NCBI GenBank assembly: GCA_028023455.1
Contig: JAQFVV010000008.1
Location: 12,400,001-12,464,000 of the forward strand
Origin: Epiperipatus broadwayi
Taxonomy: Eukaryota; Animalia; Onychophora
Direction of reading: 5' to 3'
Length of the DNA stretch: 64,000 bases
A program made the position numbers and the translations under genes. The number at the start of each line of letters is the position of its first letter. The stretch's first letter is position 1. The notes beneath the pieces were generated by a model. The model was not told where the DNA came from. It saw only the letters and a program-made list of their open reading frames with translations, and searched no databases. Below are positions 53,301 through 64,000 of this stretch, piece after piece.

Positions 53301-53567
53301 ATAATCTAGTGGCGCCCTGCTAGACCATATTCACTTAGTATTTGTGTAAACATGCACTTAACATCAAACCAAGAAATGAAAGTGGATAAAACTTACTGCC
53401 TGTATACCTGAGTTATATTTTATTGAATTACTAGTGTACTCACTTCACGTGATTTCCATATACCTTTCATATAATACTGGTTATTAATAATTTGATCAAC
53501 CTTTAATTAATATCTTGATATTTGGACTCCTTTTAATATTTTTTTTGAACTCATTTATTATGTTACA
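50338..53567 (+). repeat. 5' LTR (3230 bp)
   Basis: TGTGCCATTACA...TTATGTTACA, duplicated at an offset of 6269 bp. Confidence 0.93.
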
Positions 53568-53568
53568 A

Positions 53569-53586
53569 TGGACACCCAACTGGGGC
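53569..53586 (+). promoter_or_regulatory. Primer-binding site, decayed tRNA-Lys type
   Basis: TGGACACCCAACTGGGGC versus the canonical TGGCGCCCAACGTGGGGC, 1 nt after the LTR end. Confidence 0.75.
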
Positions 53587-54171
53587 CTGATATTTTGCCA
53601 TATACCTGAAAAAGAGAGTCTATAGAATGATGGGAGATGTGTGGTTAAAAATAGAGAAATTTTTTAGTAAAATTTTTTTTTTTCAGTAAAAAATTTTTTT
53701 TTTGTCTTACAAAATTTTCTTGGCCAAACAGTCTTATTTTAGGTGATGATGTTTAATATGATTTAATTTTTCATTGATGATGATAAAATGGGTACAGCCA
53801 TAAAACAGCTTGTTTTTTTTTATCAATTTTGAAAATAGAGATGAATATCACAACTTAAGACAAAGGTGAAATAAATAATAGATTTTTTTGTGGAACATTA
53901 AAATGATTTATTGCCAGATAGGATAGGCATAGTAATAGTGTTGAATTATGGAATAGTAGTCTCATGTGTGTTTGGGGAGTTCATTTTGTAAAAAGTCTAT
54001 GATTTTAGAGGTTTGATTGGATGGTTGATCGTTGGAGTTTGGTTGGTTAGATTGCAGTTTTGATGATGAGTGGAGAGTTTTGTCATTGCCTTGAGAATGC
54101 TATGTATTTCGTGTAACTTATGAATGATCAAACCCATTCACTGCTCCAACCCAATTTATATGTTTTCTTTA

Positions 54172-54545
54172 TTTTATCATGAAGCAGTTAACAGCAGACC
54201 TGCCATGATACCAGCCTATAAGTCTCCAAGAGAGAGAGCATGGCATAGTTTTCCAATCCAGTAATATGTTATTCTTATGTTATCATGAAGCAGTTAACAG
54301 CAGTCCTGCCATGATACCAGCCTATAAGTCTCCAAGAGAGAGAGCACGGCATAGTTTTCCAATCAAGTTTATATGTTATTCTTATTTGATCATGAAGCAG
54401 TTAACAGTAGTCCTGCCATGATATCAGCTTATAAGTCTCCAAGAGAGAGAGAGCAAGGTTTCGTTTTTGTAGTCTATAATAAGCAGGGCATTCCTTGATA
54501 CTTGCCATATAAGACTCCAAGAGAGAGAGCAAGGCATAGTTTATC
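54172..54545 (+). repeat. Tandem array of three units of about 107 bp plus one partial unit in the LTR-element leader
   Basis: tcatgaagcagttaacag.ag.cctgccatgata.cagc.tataagtctccaagagagagagca recurs at about 54177, 54284 and 54390, with a partial copy at about 54481. Confidence 0.9.
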
Positions 54546-54999
54546 TATTTTAGCCCCTAAGACTTAATACATCTTTTATTGCAACAGAGTTTGCTTCATT
54601 CAATCAAGGGTTGTGGTAGTTAATAGTGATCGAATTGGGATGATCTTCTGAGTGCTCGTGATGCATTGTGTGATTATAGTGCTGTGAGTGAATTCTTTTA
54701 TTTATCTCAAGATTGTGAACTGCTAGTCATTCTGTGGACTGTCAATATCTGTCGGATTTCTGGGAGAATGGATGAATGTATAATTTGGGCTATTACAGAC
54801 AGACATGCACTATATAGATTATTGTTATGTAGTTCATCAAATAAGGATATTAAAAAAATTTTTTTTGTTGTATTTGTAAATGCATAATAAGGTGAAAATC
54901 AAATCAGTCAGTTGGTCAGAATAGGTGTCAGACAGGGAGAAGATGTGTGGATTTCTGATGGTCAGGGAAGTACAGATGGGATATACATAGTTTTATAAC

Positions 55000-55554
55000 A
55001 TGAGTGAACTAAATTATAGTATGGAAGAGGCTCAGATAGCAAAGATGGCACCATCAGACATGGACATGATAATGCAGATGCTCAGAAGTATGAGAGAAGA
55101 GAGTAAGCAAAGTATGATAAATCTAGAACAAAAGATAGAGAAAAATAATAAAAGTATAGAGAAAAATAATAAAAGTATAGAGAGTCTAAGAGAAGATAGT
55201 AAGCAGCTCATAGAAAGTTTAAGAGAAGATAGGAAGCAGTTCATAGATAGTTTAAGAGAAGATAGTAAGCAAGGGATGGTGAATTTGGAACAGAAGATGG
55301 AGAAAAATATAGAAAGTCTAAAAGAGGATACTAAGAGTTTAAAAGAAGATAATAAAAGTTTAAGAGAAGATAGTAAGCACAGTATAGAGAGTTTGAGAGA
55401 AGATCTCAAAGCAAAAATAGATAACTCTATTGAAAGCAACAACCAAATGATCATGACCTGGGAAACAGAGATCGAAGAACCTCATATAGAGAAAACTACT
55501 GAAAGTATAATAGAAGATAGATTACTGATAATAGAGAAAGGAGCGAGAGATTAG
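55000..55554 (+). CDS. gag-like coiled-coil ORF1 of the LTR element (11-aa repeats of SIESLREDSKQ type)
   Basis: 184-aa ORF downstream of the PBS and leader. It overlaps ORF2, whose frame is open from 55521 in the -1 frame. Confidence 0.6.
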   Translation: MSELNYSMEEAQIAKMAPSDMDMIMQMLRSMREESKQSMINLEQKIEKNNKSIEKNNKSIESLREDSKQLIESLREDRKQFIDSLREDSKQGMVNLEQKMEKNIESLKEDTKSLKEDNKSLREDSKHSIESLREDLKAKIDNSIESNNQMIMTWETEIEEPHIEKTTESIIEDRLLIIEKGARD

Positions 55555-56285
55555 AGGAAGAAATAGGTAAATCAGCTAATATACTGATAGAGGGGAGTAG
55601 ATCACAAGAAGTGGAAAGGCCAATAGTAGCCATAAAATCTAATCTCTCAGTAAAAAGAATAAATAAGATGATGACCAAAGAGCAGATTGGGATAGATCAT
55701 GAAGTGAAAAGAAGGAAAAGAGAGTTGGAGAAAAAACTTCATGCATCCGATAAGATGATTGATTTAAGAGAGGCAATAAGGGAGATGAAACCAGTTATTT
55801 TAGAAAGAGAGCAAAAGTTTCAACAGTCTGTAGTTCTCAATCTAGTAACTAACCAGCATGTGTGGTTTCAAAAATCTGTCTTCTCGAATAGATTGGAGAT
55901 ACCTTATATATGGTATAGAGAGACAATCTTTCTGAAAAATGTAAATGTCCAGCGTGTATCAGCCAAAGAAAATATCTCTCTGAAAAATGTAAATGCTCTG
56001 GAAATTTTAAATGTGCCTTATGTATGGTACAGGGAGTCAATCTTTCTAGAAAGTTTAAAAATAAAGTATGTATGGTATAGAGAGTCAATCTCTCTAAAGA
56101 ACTTCAAGGCATATTATGTATGGTACCAAGAGTCCATATTTCTAAATAGAGTTTGTAATAGGAGGTTATATAAAATAATTCCTCCAGATATGTTTTATAA
56201 ATATCCAGTCAAGATGAAAAATGGAAATATTAAAAAGGGACTGGATGTACAGGTGCATTTTTATGCAGACCACAATATGGTTTGA
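55521..56285 (+). CDS. ORF2 of the LTR element: coiled coil followed by YVWYRESI.L-type repeats
   Basis: The frame is open from 55521 to the stop at 56285 (track ORF starts at 55611). It carries five related W-containing peptide units. No recognisable domain. Confidence 0.5.
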   Translation: MTDNRERSERLEEEIGKSANILIEGSRSQEVERPIVAIKSNLSVKRINKMMTKEQIGIDHEVKRRKRELEKKLHASDKMIDLREAIREMKPVILEREQKFQQSVVLNLVTNQHVWFQKSVFSNRLEIPYIWYRETIFLKNVNVQRVSAKENISLKNVNALEILNVPYVWYRESIFLESLKIKYVWYRESISLKNFKAYYVWYQESIFLNRVCNRRLYKIIPPDMFYKYPVKMKNGNIKKGLDVQVHFYADHNMV

Positions 56286-56409
56286 AAAGAAAAAGCCATT
56301 CCAAATTACCAAGAAAATAGGGGAGAATGTCTTTATGCTTGCTGCTCTTGAGGGGAACAAGGGAACCTATAATGCTAGGAGTTTGATTCCTTATACTTCA
56401 GCAGAATAG
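56221..56409 (+). pseudogene. Remnant of the Gypsy integrase C-terminal tail
   Basis: KPFQITKKIGENVFML....GNKGTYNARSLIPY resembles GPY.I...G.N.Y.L...G.YN...LKPY, and lies about 200 bp before the PPT. Confidence 0.6.
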
Positions 56410-56606
56410 CTTGGCAAAGATCTCCAAATAAATTACTTTTAGGTTTTCTAATGAAAAATATATTTACCAGTAGTTAATTTTTTTTTTATATATATTATAA
56501 GTGTTTATTATTATTAGTGTATTTATTAGTTAGGATTTTTTTTTTTTTTTAAAAAAATATAGTTAAAACAAAAGTGCTGATGATTTTATCCGAAGGGGGA
56601 GACAGT

Positions 56607-59600
56607 TGTGCCATTACAATTTAGTCACTAGCTAAATTTATAGTAATGTGCATGTAGAAAAGGTAAACCAAAAATCATCATCACAATTTTATATAATCAT
56701 AAATGAAGCTGTAGGGCATCCAAGTTTAAACCCTACAAGGTCCAGTTCTAAAAGCTTTAAACAGAGAAAGAATGGGTCAACAATTACATGCTTTATTTGT
56801 TTGTGTGTTGATAGAAAGGTAATACACACATTTAAACTATTTAATATTTAATTTTTCTTTAAAAAGCAAAGCTATAATGCATACATATAGGCAATGTATG
56901 TGTAAATTATTTAATTGTTTTATATTTCAAATATTAAACATTTTAACTTTCTTTAAAACTAACTTATGCTTGATCAATTCTAATATTTTATTCTATACTT
57001 TTATTTTGCTTTTCTTTAATTATAATTGGGATTTACAAGTTACAGATTTAATTAAATAATTGGGTTATAATTACTAAGCTAGCAATTATAGTATTTAAGG
57101 TTAGTTTATGAATGATTTGAAAGAATGAAGGATGTGTGTACATTACATACAAAATTTTACATTTCCTAAATATTGAAAGAAAAGGAAGTATTAAATCTGT
57201 TAAATTATTTTTTTTGTACAATTGTTTGTTAAAAGAGGAAATCTGTTTAATCAGATATCAATCTTTGTAGCAATTTTATTTTTGTAAATAATTGTTTTTC
57301 ACTTTGGAAGCTTATAATGGGTCAGAACTATAATTTTTGAAATTGTCTTATCAAGATCTAAAGAAGGAAGCTCAAAGATTTGAAGTGTTACCTGGATGTT
57401 AAAAAGAAAAAGAAAAAACAAAAGAAAGGAAATAAGAATTGAGTCTATTTTTTTTTAAAACAAAAGTGTCTGGAAAAAGGATTAAACTTTTCAGTTAAAA
57501 AATACTTTGGTTGAAAATAAATTAGAGATCTAATTAAAACAAATTTGTCCAAAAATAGCAAGTGATGCTATCTCTGATTGGTTAAGGTAGCTAAAAATTG
57601 GATATAAAAAGCTGTCTTGAATTATTATTAAGATTATTATTGTGATTGATTCAGATTATTAAACTATCAAATTTGAATGTTGAAAATATAAGAAATGGCG
57701 GGCTAGAAAAATTATATGTATATTCCATTTGCCGGACCATCTGGGGGAAGCTGCACATCACATAGGAAAGAAAAGATGTGTCTAAAATAATATTCTACAC
57801 CTTTCAACTGACCAGATAAATAAGATGTTTTTAATAGAAGGAAGAAAGCATTCACCTGCATTCAAAGAAGATGAATTAATCTACTGATAAATATTAATCA
57901 TCAAGTCCAATTAATTGTTCCAACAACTGATTTTAAACTCAAGAAAATTTATAAATGTGAAAACAACTGCTGTATTTCATCCACATGCTTGACAGGAAGA
58001 GAAGAAAAATTAATATAATGATTTCCAAATTGTCCACTAAAGCAAATAACCTCAATAGAGTCATCATCATTAAATAGTTATACACCTCAAGAAAGAGATT
58101 GTTCCCACATAGTAGCTGCAGAAATATAGACAAGTTTGAACCCTTGGAAATTCGCCACAAACAAAAGATTGGTAATATGACTTTTTATATCTATTTTCTT
58201 TATGATATCAGTCTTAAGAAACATTTTAGTGATAAAGTGGTATATTTTATTTAAAGAACTTTTAAAGACTATTCAGATCGATTAAAACAAGAATGTCTTA
58301 CTAATAATAACTTTGAGCTTCATAAATGACCTTGAAAGTATGAAAATTATTTGTTTATTAATTTTACAATATTAATGTGTAAAACAATTTTTTTTTATGG
58401 TGTTATGATTTTAGTTTTAACTGATATAATATTATTATTTTGGTTTTTAATAATATGTTGTTATTATGGGATAAAACACGCACATACATAATAATATTTT
58501 TATATGTGTATAATTGGGAGTGAATGTGAAATAATGAGTAGTATTAGAATATTAGATTATTTTGTTTCAAGTTCAGTATAGATTTCAGCGCTTGGAAGGG
58601 GGGGGGAGAAAATAATTTAAAACTTGTTTCTAAAACTTGCTCTTTCAATTTTACTAACATTTTTTTTTATTCTATTTACATGTTGGATTTTTAAAGTATG
58701 TGTGCTGATGAGCAGATAATATATTTTTTTTTTAATACTTTTCTCATGGAGTGAAAATCAGGGTCAATGTGACGTCCAACTTAATACAAAATACATTTGA
58801 AGGGAAAGGGGGAAGAACTTAAAATTAATCTGAGGATTGTTATATAATCAATTATTATTATTATTCATGTCAAATTTCATATTTATCTAGAAATTTTTAT
58901 GTATATGTTAGAAATGTAGTAATAAATATTAGTTTGTTTTATTAAACGAGGCGTATATATTTCATTAAGTGTAGTCTTGGTTAAGTGTGATTATTCATCA
59001 TCATCAATGGTTGAATATTAGTTATTTAAGATATAAGTAAATATGCTAAAATTAAGCAATAATTATGAATTACTTTATAAAAATTTAGTTTTATGTTTAG
59101 GCTTAGTCCTAGAGCTGTAATTGAAACCCTTGTCATTATTGTTATTATTATCATCATCACTATCAATGTTTTAATTAATGAGCTGTTTAACTGTTTAAAG
59201 GCCATAAATAAATATTGATTTTATAATATTTAGTGATCTCTTAGTATTATTATAACCACATCCCATCATCTATTTCATGCAAGGATGAGTGAATTGCCAT
59301 CCTAAATTAGTTATATATAATCTGAGCTAGTGAACTTATAAAAATATTGAAACACATTTGTTATGTTAAGATCTGAGAAATGATTTATGTTCAATGAACT
59401 CCACTGTGGTTTAAAGATGTTTTACTTTTACCTAACTATTAGTGCTTCTAGTGATATGGCTCAAAAAGCAAAATCTCTCATTTTTTATTAGAAATAAAGT
59501 ACCAAAAAGGGATTCAAACCCGGTACATGTAAAAGGTTATTAGATATAACCGTGTCTAGATTCAGATAATCTAGTGGCGCCCTGCTAGACCATATTCACT

Positions 59601-59838
59601 TAGTATTTGTGTAAACATGCACTTAACATCAAACCAAGAAATGAAAGTGGATAAAACCTACTGCCTGTATACCTGAGTTATATTTTATTGAATTACTAGT
59701 GTACTCACTTCACGTGATTTCCATATACCTTTCATATAATACTGGTTATTAATAATTTGATCAACCTTTAATTTTGATATTGGACTCCTTTACTCAGGTA
59801 TAGTAATATCTTTTTTTTGATTCTTTAATTATGTTACA
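56607..59838 (+). repeat. 3' LTR (3232 bp)
   Basis: Near-identical copy of 50338-53567, preceded by AAGGGGGAGACAGT (PPT). Confidence 0.93.
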
Positions 59839-59909
59839 ATATAAATTAAGATTAAATGCAATTTATTATTAATTGTAGAATTAATATACTTCAGTAGTTG
59901 TTTCTAGAT

Positions 59910-60450
59910 TTATTAAACATTTATATTATTTCAACATGTGGTTATAGGCCTATATTTTAATAAAATTCGTATTTTAGAAGCCTTTAATATTTCAAAATTA
60001 TAAGCTAAATTTATTCAACATTTACATTATTTCAACATATGGTTTTAGGACTATATTGTAATAATATGAAAGCTTTTAGCTCCATTATTATTATTATTTT
60101 TTACTTTTTCTGTTTAAGTATTTTAAATTCATATTTTAGAAATTATACGCTAGTAAATTAATATGCTTTATTTCATATGATTATAGGCATATATTGTAAT
60201 ATAATTCATATTTTAGAACAAAAAAGCTTTTACTTTGTTGAAATTATAAGCTTGGTATGATCAATTTGACATTATTCCAACATGTGCTTATGGGCATATA
60301 TTGTAATGTAATTCGTATTTTAGAATTATAATCTTTTAATATTGGAAATTATAAATTTGGTTTAATCACATACTGCGTATCGTGGAAGCCATTTCTCCCC
60401 TCCCCCACATGCTTTGCATCATCATTAATATTTGTATTTTAGAAATTATA
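59910..60450 (+). repeat. Degenerate tandem repeat (units of roughly 100-120 bp)
   Basis: Recurring attatt.caacat.tgg/gc.tat.gg..tatatt.taat and ttc.tattttagaa blocks. Confidence 0.6.
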
Positions 60451-60467
60451 AATGTTTACTTATGAAG

Positions 60468-60626
60468 AGTGTGCTCACCGTCATTTTGAATTCTAAGGAC
60501 CATTCAAAAACCACTGCTGACAAATCTAAGTGACCCTATGTGAATTATTTGATGTCATTTATTGCTTGGATGTGTCAGCAGTGGTTTTGGGTGGTTATTA
60601 GAATTCAAAATGACAGAGAGCGCACT
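60468..60626. mobile_element. Palindromic MITE, about 160 bp
   Basis: agtgtgctc..gtcattttgaattctaa..aaaaccactgctgaca pairs with tgtcagcagtggtttt..ttagaattcaaaatgac..gagcgcact. Confidence 0.75.
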
Positions 60627-62609
60627 TTAAATCAGCAACAAATCAAACATCCCTAGAATGTAGAGTTTTTATTTTTATTTTATTATATTGTGAACCTATC
60701 TAATATAGGACCTTTTTTTATTTTTCTTATTTATGAAGTAAGTTATATGAATACATGTGTATGCATATGTGTGAGATCATATAATTGTATTTTAGAGCTA
60801 AAAAATTTAGGACTTTTAATTTTTTTTATGTAGGTAATCAATCACACGTACCTAGGTATATGTCGATTAATTATTTCATATTTAATTTTTTGAAAAAGTC
60901 AAATTTTCTATAATTAGTATTCATTAATGGTTTTTATGTGTGTATATAATTATATATCTATGTGAATCTTAAAGAATAAGGAGAAAGGGAGTTTTCATTG
61001 ATATTGTATTATAATTCTTTAATGTGTAGTTGGAGTTTAAAATGAGGATTGGGTTTTTTACTAAGCAGAGTCAACATTTGGTGGTCAATTTATCCATTCA
61101 TCTCACTCCACAGTAAATATAAATTGTACATTTTGTTTTGTCTATTTTTATATTACCACTCACCTTGAGAATTTAACGGTTTAAAGAGTTTGAACCTGGG
61201 GTATATGCTGCAGGAAACTGGAGGTAGATGTCTGTATAGGGATCTTTTTACAGTATTCTCTCTCTAACAGAAAGTGACGCATGGAGTCGTATGTGATTCA
61301 GACTTTATAAAGATACTTTACTGATGGCAAGACTTGACTTATAGGCATTGATACCAAAAGTGATCAAGAAATATAAATAAAGATTATTAGTTTGATCCCC
61401 TTTTTAAAAATGTATTTTTTATTGGGTGTCTTCTTATAATGACTTGAAATAATACCATATGTGGAGATGTCTTTAGCTTGATTTATGTTCTCAATATGTG
61501 AGGCCTACTGGAGTAAATTTAATGCACCAAGTTAGTTGTGGATTGTACTGTTTGGAAATCTATATTATCCTGTATAAGTAGATTTGAAGATAGTGGTGAA
61601 AGGTTGTAGGAAGTTTGAGGTAGTGAGGTGGTTGAGGTAGGTTCCTAGTATAGTAAATAAAGCTGCACAACATGCAAGGCCTGAATAACATAAAATTTGT
61701 AGTGTAGTAATTAATATTGCGCAACATGGTAAAGTCTAAAACAATATAGAAGGTTTGATACAGTTATAGGTATAAAATTAGATTAATAAAATCACAATGA
61801 GTGGCTTGGGTAAAAAGAAAACATATACATTAAATTTACATAAAAGATGGGAGTGATAAGTAAATAATATTGGAATGTGAGGAGACTGACCCCAATATAA
61901 TAAGTAGAATAATGTGTAAAACAGGTAAAAGATTTTAATATTTAGACAAGTAGATGATATGCAAGAAAAAAAAAATAGTTATTTATTTTTTAATTATTAT
62001 ATAAAACCAAAGGCAAAAAAATATATAGTGCAGACATGACATGTGGAGAAAGAAAGGATCTGGTGTTCTGCTTAAAATATATACATATATAAAGAAAATA
62101 ATTATATTAAGAGATTCCAACATAGTAAAAGTTAAAATTAGAATAGTATATTAACTGATATTAAATTAAGGATCAATAATTTGTTTTGATTTAAATGATA
62201 ACAAGGGGCTCAAGCGAAAAGAATGGAGCGAGTTCAGAGTATAAGTGAAAGTATTGACTTCTTAAACATGAAGCAAGGACAAATAGAAATAGAAGAGCTT
62301 GTACAGCCAATAGTGCCCAACTGAAAGAACAAGAGCTGAATCACACAGGGGAAAAGCTATCATTAGAGTTTCCAACATGGTCAATACGAAAATGTATGCA
62401 TTGATAAAAAATAAGCATAATAAACAAAATAAAAAATAAAATGTGTATAAAATCTAAAAATGTTGATGAAGAGCATCAAAGCTTAGATGCAGAGTTGTAT
62501 TTTTATATTTGACTATTTCCATCAACTAATTTGAGTGTTAATTGTCTTTAGAAAATATTTAAATATTCCAAATACATTCTAACTGTTAGTAATAGCACAT
62601 CAAGCAGGT

Positions 62610-62769
62610 TAGTATATGCACAACATTTCAAGAGGTATTATTATCCCTCTTCTTCAGGTGTTGCTGGCCTGACCAGTAACAGTATTAGCATGGGATTTGA
62701 ACCGGGACCCTTAGATTCTTGAGAAATGGAATTTTAAGGTAACGTTCTAACCAAGTGAGCCATCCTGCC
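62610..62769 (-). mobile_element. tRNA-derived SINE-like unit ending in a minimal hammerhead motif
   Basis: A-box-like TGGCTCACTTGG, B-box GGTTCAAATCC, then CAC-CTGAAGA-a-GAGGG-loop-CTCTT-GAAA-t-GTT-GTG. Confidence 0.6.
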
Positions 62770-62799
62770 AAAGGCAACAGTCAGTAGAAATTTCATATA

Positions 62800-63170
62800 C
62801 TTATCTATGAGGTTCCTCCTGATTTCTCTCATTGTTGAAAAGCAACAAATCCCATAAAAGTTTATTAAATAGAAAATGGATATATCATACTGGACTATTA
62901 ACATCACTACAACATACAAAAGGTTTTAAATAATTGCAAGACATTATAGAAAATTCATCAAAACACTATTCTACTATCCAAAGGAGAGTCCTGATAAATT
63001 TAAGTTTGGATAACAATAGAAAGGACTTTGTTGGAAGTTTTTCATCAAAATCAGAAGAATAAAAATACATTGTTTTAAGGCACTTCTAATGATTGAATCA
63101 ATAAATTGAAATTTATAATCACAATTCAAATATAATAGTGTATTTGACTGATAAAATTAAAAAAACACGT
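62800..63170 (+). mobile_element. Possible decayed Penelope-like 3' fragment
   Basis: ENGY and INKIEIYNH remnants resemble PLE late-RT and GIY-YIG-end motifs. Weak evidence. Confidence 0.3.
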
Positions 63171-63299
63171 TTTTTTCCATTTGTTTTTGAAGTTCAAATG
63201 ATATTCAATGCTATCTTTAAAACATTTTTGTTCTATAAAAAGATATAGGGATTTAGAATTGAGAATGAATAACAATCAAATGAACAGACAGGGTGATTT

Positions 63300-64000
63300 A
63301 TTTCATTAGATTTTGATCACTTTGAATTTCTGAATACTTTCTATTGCTGAAGATGCCATATAAAGGTTTGGTGATAGTTTAGAGATCTTTATGTGGCTAG
63401 AGTAATCTATCTAACTGTTCTAAGTATGTTACCAACTTGATTACCCACTTGGTCTAAAGTTAGCAGGACTCTTTTTGACTAAATCATCATCACACATTTA
63501 AAAACTAGGAGGGTTGACATGGTGTAGGGTTTTTGATGATTAAATCATTTACCTTGTTGATGATAAATTAACCTGTAAGTCTCTGAAATGTCTATGAGCA
63601 AGAATTTCAATCTATTATGAGGATGTGGAGACAGTAATGCTTTACTGTAATAGTTATCATGAAATTCTTAATTTAGTAGGGGTCTTTATGCTGATAATTA
63701 AGATTCTTTTACAATCAGCAATTGTAGTGTAATGGTTGGACTCAATGTAAGTTAATGGTTGATTTTTCCAGAACTATATGCATTAAAATTTCCATGATAC
63801 CTACTTGAATGAATTGGATAGGATCATGAGACATAATTATGGTCAGGTGAAGATCATGAAAATGGTTAACTTCCACTTTATGGCCTCAAGAGTATGAGGT
63901 ATTGTGATAGAATGATAATGATCAAAACCCATCATAAGTTTGGCTCAGCTAGCCCTTTTTAAATTGTAATACAAAGATTAACTAAAAAAATATTTTAAAA
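63300..64000 (-). mobile_element. Decayed LINE endonuclease (APE) region
   Basis: GNFNAY (GDFNAH-like) motif and LINE-like A/C-rich sense-strand composition. Confidence 0.4.

Larger units (their letters stand above)
50338..59838 (+). mobile_element. Non-autonomous Gypsy-derived LTR element (LARD-like), 9501 bp
   Basis: Two LTRs of about 3.23 kb with TGT...ACA ends and a 4-bp TSD ATAT (50334-50337, 59839-59842). PBS after the 5' LTR and purine tract before the 3' LTR. The 3-kb internal region has no RT, RNase H or integrase core. Confidence 0.92.

Noticed and set aside
54172-54545. Regularly spaced repeats resembling a CRISPR array
   Set aside because: The whole unit of about 107 bp repeats and there are no unique spacers. 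The context is eukaryotic, inside an LTR element, with no cas genes.
55032-55454. 140-aa Leu/Ser-rich antisense ORF that looks like a membrane protein
   Set aside because: It is the expected mirror of the A/G-rich coiled-coil repeat on the plus strand.
50338-59838. Segmental duplication of host DNA, or duplicated genes (ORFs 50379/56648 and 51670/57939)
   Set aside because: TG...CA ends, TSD, PBS and PPT identify the duplicates as LTRs. The short ORFs have no recognisable protein features.
62461-62500. TGATGA-AGAGCATC...GATGC hammerhead-like hairpin
   Set aside because: It lacks the leading C and the GAAA element and is too decayed to call.
62690-62769. Functional tRNA gene
   Set aside because: A and B boxes are present, but I cannot fold a proper acceptor or anticodon stem and there is extra sequence in the anticodon region. 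A second decayed copy points to a repeat family.

Overview
This window is very AT-rich, CpG-depleted eukaryotic genomic DNA, probably from an invertebrate (likely arthropod; this is inference). The only host gene I can support is the 3' half of a CNNM/Uex Mg2+-transporter gene on the minus strand. It has four coding exons (35971-36114, 24329-24466, 11220-11465, 6568-7085) joined by phase-1 GT-AG introns. I saw no upstream DUF21/CBS exon, so it probably lies beyond position 64000. The introns are filled with nested transposon remains: Gypsy-type LTR elements, RTE LINEs, Penelope-like elements, a Buster-type hAT transposase relic, MITEs and several long fold-back repeats. The most unusual items are: (i) a 9.5 kb LTR element lacking RT, with 3.2 kb near-identical LTRs, a tandem hairpin array and an ORF containing a W/Y-rich peptide repeat; (ii) a two-copy short repeat family that joins a tRNA-like Pol III head to a minimal hammerhead-ribozyme motif; and (iii) further Penelope-type minimal hammerhead motifs. 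All assignments were made by eye and by recalled family motifs; no searches or alignments were run. Coordinates of decayed elements are approximate.
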